64,000 bases of DNA from an uncultured Dehalococcoidales bacterium. Lineage in GTDB: Bacteria; Chloroflexota; Dehalococcoidia; GIF9; AB-539-J10. Positions 29,484 to 38,862 of this stretch are shown in pieces. How positions within the stretch are numbered: position 1 is the stretch's first letter; each line of letters begins with the position of its first letter. A program made the translations under genes and the position numbers. The stretch is from contig CAZPGJ010000001.1 in assembly GCA_964586515.1 (NCBI GenBank), positions 394,560-458,559 of the forward strand, in the 5' to 3' direction. Under the pieces are notes generated by a model that was not told the origin of the DNA, did no database searches, and saw nothing but the letters and a program-made list of their open reading frames with translations.

Positions 29484-30986
29484 TCAGCTTTCCTTTGTCA
29501 GGCTGAGTCGTCTCCGGTCTATTTGGCCCGACCCCGTCCTGGGCAGGCTGTCAACAAACTTGATTTGTTTGGGCACTTTATAGTCGGATAAGCTCTGGCG
29601 GCAAAAATCGCGTATTTCGTCCACCGTAGCGCTTTGTCCTTCCTTAAGCACTATGAAAGCTGTGGGTATTTGCCCTTTGTAATCATCAAGGACACCGACA
29701 CAGGCTGTTTCGGCTACCGCAGGGTGCCTCAGGAGGACTTCTTCAACTGCCGCGGGCAGAATCTTAACTCCCCCCGAAGGCACTATGATAGATGATGTCT
29801 TTTCTATGAACTCCAGGTAGCCGTCCTCATCCAACTTGACCAGGTCGCCAGTATGAAACCAACCATCTTTGAGGACCTGGGCCGTGAGTTCAGGCGATTT
29901 GTAATATTCCTTCATCATCCAGGGGGCCCTGGCCACGGCTTCCCCTATGCTGCCCCGGGGTACTTCCTTGCCGTTTTTGTCCAGCACTCTGAGCTCAGCC
30001 AGGGGTTTCCCTGCCGTACCCAATTTGCGGTCACGAATAGCACCTATAGTGACGATTATCAACTCCGAGAGCCCATATATTTCGCACGCAGTTAAGCCAA
30101 ACTTTTTCTCGAGCATCTCCATGAAAAGGGCTGAGGACTTTGCCCCGGCACAAAGCACCCGACTTAAAGAACTAAGGTCATAGCCCTTAATCGTCTCTTC
30201 GTCTATCATAGCCAGACCATTAAAGCTGGCCGGGACGCCTATAAGCATGGTTGCTTTTTGCCGCTCTACGGTATCCAGGACACTCTTGGAGCTGAAATGA
30301 GGGAGAATTGCTATGGTGGCTCCCCTCTTAACGGGCATGAGAACAACCAACCCAAATCCCAGAAGGTAGTTGAAAGGGAGCAGACCCAAAACAACATCGT
30401 CTCTCTCCAGTTCGAATTTTTCCACCACTATGGGCAAAATTGACATGAACGAAGCGTGAGTATGCACTATGCCCTTGTTCTTCCCCAGCACACCCAGGGT
30501 GCAAAAAATGATGGCATCATCCTCGCCCTTTATATCGACAGACGGTGACGCAGGGGAACTGCCGGCCACCATCCTGTTGTAAGGGTCTGTACCAACTTCA
30601 AGGACGTGTTTCAGCAGGGGGATATTGGGCAAAATTGAAGACAGCATGGGAGAGAATCTTTGTTCGGTAATCAGGACTTTGGAATCGGTTTCACGGAGCA
30701 GAGGCTCAAGTTCGGGCGCCTTAGCTCCGGAATCGAGCAGCACGCCAACGGCTCCAGCTTTAAGCACTCCAAAACAATTGATGACCCATTCAGGGTTACG
30801 AGACATTAGAATGGCTACGTGGTCGCCCTTCTTTGTCCCCAGGCTGATAAGGGCATTGGCTATCTTGTTAGAGGTTTCATCCAATTCGCAATAGCTAACT
30901 CTGCGAGAGCCGAGCACGATGGCCGTTTGCTGTGGCACCTCGCTGGCGGTTCTTTCTAGCATCTGCTTGAGATTCACGAGATTCAT
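29484..30986 (-). CDS. AMP-dependent synthetase/ligase (acyl-CoA synthetase family)
   Basis: 500 aa; A-domain motifs TLGVLGKNKG (TSGTTG-like), YGLSE, GWFHTGD, PRTGSGQIDRR. Confidence 0.8.
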   Translation of the reverse strand: MNLVNLKQMLERTASEVPQQTAIVLGSRRVSYCELDETSNKIANALISLGTKKGDHVAILMSRNPEWVINCFGVLKAGAVGVLLDSGAKAPELEPLLRETDSKVLITEQRFSPMLSSILPNIPLLKHVLEVGTDPYNRMVAGSSPASPSVDIKGEDDAIIFCTLGVLGKNKGIVHTHASFMSILPIVVEKFELERDDVVLGLLPFNYLLGFGLVVLMPVKRGATIAILPHFSSKSVLDTVERQKATMLIGVPASFNGLAMIDEETIKGYDLSSLSRVLCAGAKSSALFMEMLEKKFGLTACEIYGLSELIIVTIGAIRDRKLGTAGKPLAELRVLDKNGKEVPRGSIGEAVARAPWMMKEYYKSPELTAQVLKDGWFHTGDLVKLDEDGYLEFIEKTSSIIVPSGGVKILPAAVEEVLLRHPAVAETACVGVLDDYKGQIPTAFIVLKEGQSATVDEIRDFCRQSLSDYKVPKQIKFVDSLPRTGSGQIDRRRLSLTKES

Positions 30987-31052
30987 TGTCTCCTCCAGGA
31001 CTCGACGAATTTAAAGTAGGATTATGGGCTACTTTCTTGTTTCCTGTCAACG

Positions 31053-31116
31053 GAATTCCGAGACACCATCCTTCACCTTGTGAAGGACAAATCAGGTATT
31101 ATGTCCCCAGAATACC
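31053..31116 (+). repeat. cassette-boundary repeat, copy 13 (variant A, near-consensus)
   Basis: ggaattccgagacaccatccttcaccttgtgaaggacaaatcaggtattatgtccccagaatacc. Confidence 0.75.
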
Positions 31117-31458
31117 CTACTTGAGTCCCAGGGCGTCTCGGAGGTTGCCTTCAATTCTTTTCATATCTGCCGGGGGCATTATTCCAAGCTTCTTGGCTAT
31201 CATGCCCTGCTTTATCGTTCTTACAATTCCTGTGGCAACGGAGGGGAAAAGCAGCCCAGCCTCCTGCCAATCGCTGATAAGGTGGTCGCCCACCAATATC
31301 CGGTCAGTCCTGCTGGTGATTGCCGCAATTATAGCTTCTTGACGGCTTTGATGGTAAGTGTCTGAGCTTACTATGACTGCCGGACGCCGCCTCTCTCCAG
31401 TTTCATCGGAGAAGATAAACCTGACAAGGACTACATCTCCACGTTTATACCTGGTCAT
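31117..31458 (-). CDS. MazF/PemK-family endoribonuclease toxin
   Basis: From MTRYKRGDVVLVRFIFSDETGERRRPAVIV...; PemK fold motifs. Confidence 0.7.
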   Translation of the reverse strand: MTRYKRGDVVLVRFIFSDETGERRRPAVIVSSDTYHQSRQEAIIAAITSRTDRILVGDHLISDWQEAGLLFPSVATGIVRTIKQGMIAKKLGIMPPADMKRIEGNLRDALGLK

Positions 31459-31732
31459 AAGCTGCGTCCTTTTCGTTATCCCAGGCTTCGGCAAGGACCG
31501 GGTCAGCTTTTGCAGACAACTTCAAAAGCGTCTCTACATTGGCAAACTCCTCTCCTGGACGGGGCACCTTATCTATGTCTTCTTTACGAAATCGGCGATG
31601 ACGTTCTTTACCAATCCGAAAAGCCGGCAACCTGCCTTCCTTGGTCAGTTTGTAGATAGTTCTTCTAGATACGCATAGGTATTCAGCAGCTTCTTCAACT
31701 GTAAACCATTCTTTAGTGATTACCATGAGCAT
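31445..31732 (-). CDS. HTH (excisionase/MerR-like) antitoxin partnered with MazF
   Basis: From MLMVITKEWFTVEEAAEYLCVSRRTIYKLTKEGRLPAFRIG; C-terminal ...AEAWDNEKDAAYD acidic tail; overlaps mazF start. Confidence 0.55.
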   Translation of the reverse strand: MLMVITKEWFTVEEAAEYLCVSRRTIYKLTKEGRLPAFRIGKERHRRFRKEDIDKVPRPGEEFANVETLLKLSAKADPVLAEAWDNEKDAAYDQV

Positions 31733-31967
31733 ACCTCCACAAGCTCGTGTTCGTGCCTGGCACCATTCTAGCACATACACGCAAATAAAAGCAATACTGT
31801 ACTTTCCTGACATTTGTCCTGATTACCTGGAACCTGCTCCAAAACGGCGTAAGTAATCTCGTCCGCCCCGGGCTGGAGAAGCCGATTTTTTGAAAACCGG
31901 GGTGATTGCTTTATACTATTCGGGATTGATACGGCGATGAGAGTATAGGCGACTCGAGAAGGTTACC

Positions 31968-34355
31968 TTGGGCGACAGGGATTTAGAACTGCTGGAATTT
32001 CATAAGATACGGGAGATACTGGCCGGCTTTACTTCATTTTCCGCCAGCCGAGAGCTGGCCCTCGACCTCACTCCCCTCTCGGATGAGGAAGAGGTCCGCC
32101 TGCGGCTCAGGCAGTCGGCTGAGGCGCGCCGTTGGCTGTCACTCAGTCCCGATACCCATATCGGCGAAGTTACCGATATCCGGGAAACGGTGAAGATGGC
32201 GGCACGCGGCAAGGTCCTGGCCCCTCAGTCGCTGCTGGAAATCCAGGGGACGCTGGACTCCGCCCACCGGCTGAAAAAGCACCTGATGAACCTGCCGGGC
32301 GAACTCCCGTTACTCGGCGGTCTGGCCCGGGACATTGTGGCACTGGACCAGCTTCAAAAGGATATTGGTGGCTGCTTGAGCCCGACCGGCGACCTGCTGG
32401 ACGCTGCCTCACCTAAACTGGCGTCGGTGAGACATAGAATGCGAGAGGTACGCCAGGAACTGCTCACTCACCTGCAAGCCATAATCACCTCACCCAGAGG
32501 ACGGAGAATAATCCAGGACCCCATTGTTACCGAGCGGGAAGGCCGGTATGTAATTCCCGTCAAGGTGGAATTTCGCCGGCAGATAAAGGGCATTATCCAC
32601 GACGTCTCCAATACCGAGGCCACGGTGTTTATCGAGCCATGGACAACTACGGACGTGCAAAATGAACTGCGCGAGCTGGCTGCGGAAGAGAAGGACGAAA
32701 CAGAAAGGATATTGAGAACGCTCAGTGCTGAAGTTGGGGCGTTCCAAAGAGAAATTTCCCGGAACATTGAGCTGATTGCCGAGATTGACTTGGCACTGGC
32801 TAAGGCTAGATATGCTAGGGAGGCCAGAGCCACCGAGCCCATTATCGTGGCCGCTGCTAGAAGCGCTGAGGCAGAGGGACATGAACCTGCCGGAGTGCTC
32901 AGGCTGGTCGAAGCTAGGCATCCGCTGCTGAAAAAGAAGGCAGTGCCGCTGTCGGTCGAGATTGGCCGGGACTTCTCCATTCTGGTTATTACCGGGCCCA
33001 ATACCGGTGGTAAGACGGTCGCCCTCAAAACGATAGGGCTTCTCAGTCTGATGGCGCAGGCCGGCCTGCCCATTCCAGCTCAGGCGGAAAGCCGCATCCC
33101 TATTTTTGACGGCGTATATGCCGACATCGGTGATGAGCAGAGCATCGAGCAGACCCTGTCTACATTCAGCTGGCACATAGGCAACATCGTGCACATCATC
33201 AATAACGCCACGGCACAGAGCCTGGTGCTGTTAGATGAACTGGGCACTAACACCGACCCGGGTGAAGGCTCGGCTCTCGGCCGCGCTATCCTGCTCCATT
33301 TCCTATCACAGGAAACGATGACCGTAGCCACCACTCACTACACCGAATTGAAGGCGCTGGCCCATGCTACCGACGGCATGGAAAATGCGGCTCTGGATGT
33401 GGACCCTGTTACCATGACGCCCACCTATCACCTGACGGTGGGTGTCCCGGGCGGCAGCAATGCTCTGGCTACAGCATCCCGCCTGGGACTGCCCGCGGAG
33501 ATCGTGACCCGCGCCCGGCATATGCTTTCCGAAGGCGCCCAGGAGATTGAGTCTTTGCTTACCCATCTGGTGACCGAGCAGAAGAATGTTGAGTCGCTTC
33601 GCCACAGCCTGGAGAAGGAGCTGAGTGAGGCAGAACAGAACGACGCAAACTTGAAAAACAGGCTCCGCCAGTTGGAGGAGGAGAGGCGGAGAATCATCAA
33701 GCAGACACGTGACCAGCTAGCCCGCGAGGCTACTGAGTTACAGGTGAAAATTCGTGAGGCGGCAGCGGAATTGCGCAAGGAAAAATCTAAGGAAAGAATC
33801 GAGCAGGCCAAAAAGGCACTGGCCGAAGCACAGGAGCAGTTGGATGCCGGAGTATGGCAGGCCAGACCGGCGGTTGGGATAGACGAAACAGAAGCCGAGG
33901 CAGGCTCAATCACTGCCGGTGATACCGTCTGGTTGAAAGAGGCTGGCGTGCCAGCAACGGTACTTTCGGTGTCCGAGGAACGCGGGCTCGTCGAGGTCCA
34001 GGCCAGGAAGGTGAAGATGACCCTCAGGCTGGACAGCGTGGAGAAGAGGATACCATCAGCTGGTGCGGTGAAGACAGGTGGCGCCCCGATAAGGAGGGAG
34101 GTGCGCAAGTCCAGGGTCTCTCTCGAGCTTGACCTGCGGGGAAAGAGGGCCGAGGAGGTTGAGCCGGTGCTGGAGGGCTATCTTAATGAAGCGTCTTTAT
34201 GCGGGTTGAGCCGAGTCCGCATCATTCACGGTATCGGCACGGGCACCGTGCGCCAGATTGTCAGGGAGATACTGGCCTCTCATCCGCTGGTCACGTCTTT
34301 CCAGCCCGGGGAACAGGGCGAGGGCGGCGACGGCGTTACCATAGTCAGCCTGTAG
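31968..34355 (+). CDS. mutS2: endonuclease MutS2 (ribosome-collision sensor/splitter RqcU-type)
   Basis: 795 aa; Walker A GPNTGGKTV, ABC-like ATPase, coiled-coil, C-terminal Smr domain LDLRGKRAEE...VRIIHGIGTGTVRQ. Confidence 0.9.
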   Translation: MGDRDLELLEFHKIREILAGFTSFSASRELALDLTPLSDEEEVRLRLRQSAEARRWLSLSPDTHIGEVTDIRETVKMAARGKVLAPQSLLEIQGTLDSAHRLKKHLMNLPGELPLLGGLARDIVALDQLQKDIGGCLSPTGDLLDAASPKLASVRHRMREVRQELLTHLQAIITSPRGRRIIQDPIVTEREGRYVIPVKVEFRRQIKGIIHDVSNTEATVFIEPWTTTDVQNELRELAAEEKDETERILRTLSAEVGAFQREISRNIELIAEIDLALAKARYAREARATEPIIVAAARSAEAEGHEPAGVLRLVEARHPLLKKKAVPLSVEIGRDFSILVITGPNTGGKTVALKTIGLLSLMAQAGLPIPAQAESRIPIFDGVYADIGDEQSIEQTLSTFSWHIGNIVHIINNATAQSLVLLDELGTNTDPGEGSALGRAILLHFLSQETMTVATTHYTELKALAHATDGMENAALDVDPVTMTPTYHLTVGVPGGSNALATASRLGLPAEIVTRARHMLSEGAQEIESLLTHLVTEQKNVESLRHSLEKELSEAEQNDANLKNRLRQLEEERRRIIKQTRDQLAREATELQVKIREAAAELRKEKSKERIEQAKKALAEAQEQLDAGVWQARPAVGIDETEAEAGSITAGDTVWLKEAGVPATVLSVSEERGLVEVQARKVKMTLRLDSVEKRIPSAGAVKTGGAPIRREVRKSRVSLELDLRGKRAEEVEPVLEGYLNEASLCGLSRVRIIHGIGTGTVRQIVREILASHPLVTSFQPGEQGEGGDGVTIVSL

Positions 34356-34377
34356 CCAGAGTGTTTCGCCCGACCCT

Positions 34378-35142
34378 GTGATTGATATTATGTTTATGTC
34401 AAGGAGATTTTGTCTGGGCAGGTCGAAGATGCTCGACTTTCTGGACGAGCTGGCTGTGACCGAAGGCCAAGCGATATCGGCGTATTTCCCACGGGGGACG
34501 CCTCAAGCCCGGGTTGAAAATCTGCTGGGGAAGGTGTTTACCGCAACTGCCATACCGCCAGGTGTGGCTGAGGTTACTGCCGGGTCGGAAATGGGAGCGG
34601 CGTTTTTCTGGAGCCCGCCGCAAATGTACCTGGTTCTGCCCACGTTCCCTATTGCCGAAGAATATGTCACCAGCGGCTACGATGTTGGGCCGTTGCGTTC
34701 CCTTCTCAGTCAGGACTTTCTTATCGCTCTGGTGCTGGTCCGCCTGGGGTCGTACAGCATTGGCGTCTGCCGGGGCACAGAGCTCATAGATAGCAAGACA
34801 GGGACAGGCCTGGTGCACGCCCGCCACAAAAAGGGCGGTTCCTCGCAGGCGCGGTTTGCCCGACACCGCGAAAAGCAGATAGAGCAGTTTCTGATCCGCG
34901 TCTGCGGTCATGTGCGGGAGCATATCGAGCCTCATGCCCGTTCACTCGACTATCTGGTCTATGGCGGAGCCAGAACCACCATACTCTTGTTGCGCAAACA
35001 GTGCCCGTTCCTGGGCCAATTTGAGGGCCGCATCTTGCGGATGCTGCTGGATATACCTGAGCCGCGCAAACCCGTACTGGAAAAAGCCATCGGCACCGTC
35101 TGGTCAACCGATGTTATCGAATGGCACGAGGATAACTCTTAA
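34378..35142 (+). CDS. eRF1/Pelota/Vms1-like (baeRF1-type) release-factor-domain protein with divergent GGQ loop
   Basis: 254 aa; residues 100-200 align to eRF1 central domain: ...LIDSKTGTGLVHARHKKGGSSQARFARHREKQIEQF vs eRF1 [26 protein letters not shown]; GGQ replaced by GGSSQ (nt 34834-34848); 23 nt after mutS2 stop, same strand. Confidence 0.55.
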   Translation: MIDIMFMSRRFCLGRSKMLDFLDELAVTEGQAISAYFPRGTPQARVENLLGKVFTATAIPPGVAEVTAGSEMGAAFFWSPPQMYLVLPTFPIAEEYVTSGYDVGPLRSLLSQDFLIALVLVRLGSYSIGVCRGTELIDSKTGTGLVHARHKKGGSSQARFARHREKQIEQFLIRVCGHVREHIEPHARSLDYLVYGGARTTILLLRKQCPFLGQFEGRILRMLLDIPEPRKPVLEKAIGTVWSTDVIEWHEDNS

Positions 35143-35146
35143 CAGG

Positions 35147-35209
35147 CATTCCAGGGCGCCGTACTAATTAAGCTTGCTGCGAATTAGGTATTATTTTCCC
35201 AGAGTACCA
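35147..35209 (+). repeat. cassette-boundary repeat, copy 14 (highly degenerate)
   Basis: cattccagggcgccgtactaattaagcttgctgcgaattaggtattattttcccagagtacc retains only the arms. Confidence 0.45.
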
Positions 35210-35256
35210 GAGGATATGTTAAGATGGGGTGATTTCAGTGACATCCTGCTCAAGGA

Positions 35257-35946
35257 GTGGTCATGTCTATAACAAGATTCATCAAGGACTTACTGAGGAG
35301 GCCTGAAGCAATCCCGACCCCTGGCGCCATAATCTACGGTGCAACCGTGACAAGAGTCCTGCGCAAGCCGGAAACAAAGATAGCTAATGACATAGTGGAA
35401 AAGGTGAAAGATGGGACTATTCTTGATTTAGGTTCGGGACCAGGCTTTTTGTCAACAGAGATTGCCAGGAAGTCACCGGGCCTACAGGTCTGCGGCATCG
35501 ATCTCAGCAGGCAAATGGTCAAGATTGCCGGGCGCCATGCCAGAGGCCTTGATAATGCTCGATTTGTGTTTGGCAATGCAGCCAGACTTCCTTTCCAGAA
35601 TAATTCAATAGACCTTGTGATTAGTACGGGCGCTTCGCACCACTGGAAGACACCGCGCCTGGTGTTTGATGAGTGCTATCGTGTTCTAAAAACCGGTGGG
35701 GAAGCCTGGATATACGATGGGTGTCCTGAGGTTTTCCACAACCCGGCTGGTAGAAGAAAATTGAACGAGGAATATGGGTTCTTGATTGGCCGGTTTGGAC
35801 GCAGAGTCTCTACACTGCATGGTTTCAGCAAGGAAGAATACGAGACCGTAATTAAGGGTGCGCTAGAGCAAACGGCATTCAAAGGCAACTACGAGATGGC
35901 GCTAACAGATATCTGGATGAAGATTACGCTCAAGAAGCGCCAGTGA
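35257..35946 (+). CDS. class I SAM-dependent methyltransferase (type 11)
   Basis: 229 aa; motif I ILDLGSGPGFL, post-I acidic CGIDLS, motif II FVFGNAARLPF. Confidence 0.8.
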   Translation: MVMSITRFIKDLLRRPEAIPTPGAIIYGATVTRVLRKPETKIANDIVEKVKDGTILDLGSGPGFLSTEIARKSPGLQVCGIDLSRQMVKIAGRHARGLDNARFVFGNAARLPFQNNSIDLVISTGASHHWKTPRLVFDECYRVLKTGGEAWIYDGCPEVFHNPAGRRKLNEEYGFLIGRFGRRVSTLHGFSKEEYETVIKGALEQTAFKGNYEMALTDIWMKITLKKRQ

Positions 35947-36327
35947 GCCCGTTTGCTGTTTCGCGATTTTAGTTACTCGTCACATTCAACTGACAACAAC
36001 ATGCCATAATGTGCAGTTAAGTAACAGAAGCCTGTATTATTACCTTTAACGTAACAATAGGAAAAACAACCAAAATGAGAAAATCAACCACGATTATACT
36101 TAACCAAGCTGCCTTTAATTTAAGAATGTAGCATTTTTCAAAGGAGGGTAATTTTCGAGGGTAGTGGCACGTAAATTAATCAAGGTTTACACTTGAGTTT
36201 CTGTGCAATGAGTAAACGATTTAGACACGAAGCTCATCCGTAATTCAACATTGCTGGCTTACGCATACATGACCCTTCACCAAGGACTATTGCTCAGCTG
36301 GGAACTGGCAAGTGTTCCGTGGCCGGT

Positions 36328-37236
36328 CTACTGGAGGCGGTTACCTGGCGAGATCTTAGGGATGGCCAATAGTTCATTCTTTCTGACCGAGGAAAGCAAC
36401 AGTCCGTGCAGCCATCGGTTACGGAGTTGGCTCTGGTAGGTGAAAATGGCTTCTTCTTTCTGTTTCTCAACGCCCTGAGTCAAGGTGAACTCCATCCACT
36501 GATTGCCGGGTCCGGTCAGGTTTTCCGGCGGTAACAGATAAAGGTTGGGAGCGAATTTCCGTGGTTGCGGCCAAATGAGCTTGTAATGCACCAGGTACTC
36601 ATAGGCCGTTACGTTGTACTGACCCGATTCCAAAATAGCAGTGACGGCCTTCCCAATAGCGGCATGGTCAGGGTTATAGTCCCGAGGATGCGGATAGATA
36701 ATTATATCGGGGTGGAACTGGTCAATTTGTACCCGCAGAGCTGCCTCAAGTATGGTCTGGTTTATTGTTCGTAGCGAGCCATCGGGGAAATTGAGAAAAA
36801 CAAGAGAGGTCTCCGGCACACCCAGTATACCAGTAGCCTTCTTGAACTCGGCATAACGAATGGCTTCTTGATGATGATAATTGCCGTTTGTCACCAGCAC
36901 TATCCTGACATCGGCCCCGTTTATTATCGATTGAGCAATATATCCACCGACTCCGATTGTTTCGTCATCTGGATGTGGAGAGAACACCAGAACTCTTTGC
37001 CCATTAGCTGGCGCTACCACGTCGACTAAGGAGCCGATTGCTGACTGCGCGAGGACCTCAGGAACTTCCGCATGATAGAAACACAAACCACCAGCCAGGG
37101 CAACAATTGCCACAATGGTAAACCAGCGGCGTCTTCTTCCATTGAGCTTCTCTTTTAGTAAATTAAACAAATTCTTTATCAAACCACTCACCGACACCAA
37201 CACTGTACTACATTTTAAGGTAGTTTCACACCTCAA
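36328..37236 (-). CDS. PIG-L/LmbE family N-acetylglucosaminyl deacetylase (membrane-anchored)
   Basis: 302 aa; N-terminal TM, VFSPHPDDETIGVGG and HHQE/HPDH zinc motifs. Confidence 0.7.
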   Translation of the reverse strand: MRCETTLKCSTVLVSVSGLIKNLFNLLKEKLNGRRRRWFTIVAIVALAGGLCFYHAEVPEVLAQSAIGSLVDVVAPANGQRVLVFSPHPDDETIGVGGYIAQSIINGADVRIVLVTNGNYHHQEAIRYAEFKKATGILGVPETSLVFLNFPDGSLRTINQTILEAALRVQIDQFHPDIIIYPHPRDYNPDHAAIGKAVTAILESGQYNVTAYEYLVHYKLIWPQPRKFAPNLYLLPPENLTGPGNQWMEFTLTQGVEKQKEEAIFTYQSQLRNRWLHGLLLSSVRKNELLAIPKISPGNRLQ

Positions 37237-37751
37237 AGGTTGCGTTTAGCACTTATTAATGACATTGTCAATATTAAATCAGAGTTGTGCCTGAGAATTG
37301 GTATAACGGCAGTCCAGTAACAATATCGTAGCGCAGGGCTGACCTTCTTGCTCAGCGGGGTATGTTATTCCATAGTCAGCTTGAGGCAATGGTAATCAGG
37401 CATATCACATCCTTTCTATCCCTTTTCTCCTGGCAGGGATATTATTTCCTCCTCGGATGCTATATAGGTCGCCTTTACGTGATCGGTACATCTCATCTCC
37501 TTTTTCAGTTAGTCATCATCAGTGCAAATCAAGTTTATCACAACAACATGAACTAGAGGTGAACGGCAGAAAAAGCATGCAAATGAGCCATTCGTCTCGA
37601 TCTCTTCGAATAATTAACAGAAGCCTGTATTGTTTACCCAACGTCTTTGACTTTGAGCAATCGGTGTACTGCCAACGGGTAATCTGGCACGGCGGAGAGG
37701 AATAACAGGGTACTCAGATGGAAACAACAAAAAACCCACTGCTGTGAATAA

Positions 37752-38666
37752 TCACTTTAAGAGGGCGCGGAAGTTCCTCGGCAGCAAGTCCAGGTATTCC
37801 AGCATATAGCAACGATTGAGTTTGTGAACCGTTTCAGGTGGGATGCGGTCAAGTGGTACTCTATTCAGGATTAACTCGGTCTCGGCTTCATTGAAATCTT
37901 CTCCATCTTCCACCCATTTAGTAAAACGCTTGTTTACCGGGCAGACGAGCTGGCACCTCATACAGCCGACAAGGCTATTGTGCCAGGCCGGGTCTATCCA
38001 TTCGGGAAACTCTTCGCTACCCTCATTAAAGAAGGTGATGCATCTCTCCGCATGAACCGAGAAGCGGTCCGCAGCAATCGCTCCGGTAGGACATTCATTA
38101 AGGCACGCCTTACACTTATCACATGCTTTCATTACCCGCGGTTCCGACCATTCGCTTCTGCCGGGCGGCATGTCTGAAAGAAAGGCTCTGAGTCGAGCAA
38201 AGCTCCCCAGACCTTCTACGTAAGCGATGTTGTTCTTTCCATACTTTGCCATTCCGCTGCATACTGCCAGTAATTTCAGCGGCAGCGCAGCCGGGTAAAG
38301 CTGGTAGTCGTTAAAAGTGAGAATGTTCTGCAGTATGCTCCTGATTTGCTTATCTGTGTCACCATAGTAAGTGGGAGGGACTATGACCGGATAGGTCTGC
38401 CCGTTGAAACGGAAGGTGACTCTGCGCTGAGGTTGTGGAGCTGCCGTCATTATGATTGAACGAGCCCTGGGAAACCTGGTGGCAACATCGAATTCAAATT
38501 CAGCCAGGTATCTGTCATACACCCCCGCGTCTATTTTCCCCTGGCTGAGGCCCTCTTCTATTTCAGATTTGAGTTGAGCGACATGCTCGATAGGCAGCAC
38601 TGCACCCCGATAGCCTTTTTCCTCCAGCCTGGAGCAGGTGAGTCCTGCTGTTTCATCGGGAGCCAT
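37752..38666 (-). CDS. QueG/RdhA-related 4Fe-4S protein (epoxyqueuosine-reductase-like C-terminal module)
   Basis: 304 aa; two ferredoxin motifs CDKCKACLNECPTGAI and CMRCQLVCPVNKRF with spacing (ERCITFFNE) like QueG; shorter than QueG (~370 aa). Confidence 0.5.
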   Translation of the reverse strand: MAPDETAGLTCSRLEEKGYRGAVLPIEHVAQLKSEIEEGLSQGKIDAGVYDRYLAEFEFDVATRFPRARSIIMTAAPQPQRRVTFRFNGQTYPVIVPPTYYGDTDKQIRSILQNILTFNDYQLYPAALPLKLLAVCSGMAKYGKNNIAYVEGLGSFARLRAFLSDMPPGRSEWSEPRVMKACDKCKACLNECPTGAIAADRFSVHAERCITFFNEGSEEFPEWIDPAWHNSLVGCMRCQLVCPVNKRFTKWVEDGEDFNEAETELILNRVPLDRIPPETVHKLNRCYMLEYLDLLPRNFRALLK

Positions 38667-38862
38667 CGGTTGTCCTTTTGTATTAAGCTATACCGGATTA
38701 TACCCGTTGGTGCTCAATATTTATAGTATCGCCGGCAAATGTGCTAGCGCCATGACGCAGGCAGTAACTCATCTCATAATTATCGCGCTAAACTTATCAA
38801 CTTGGTTCAACTAACATATATCAGCTATAATTAGGCTATCTCGGTAGAGGGAGAAAGTTGGC

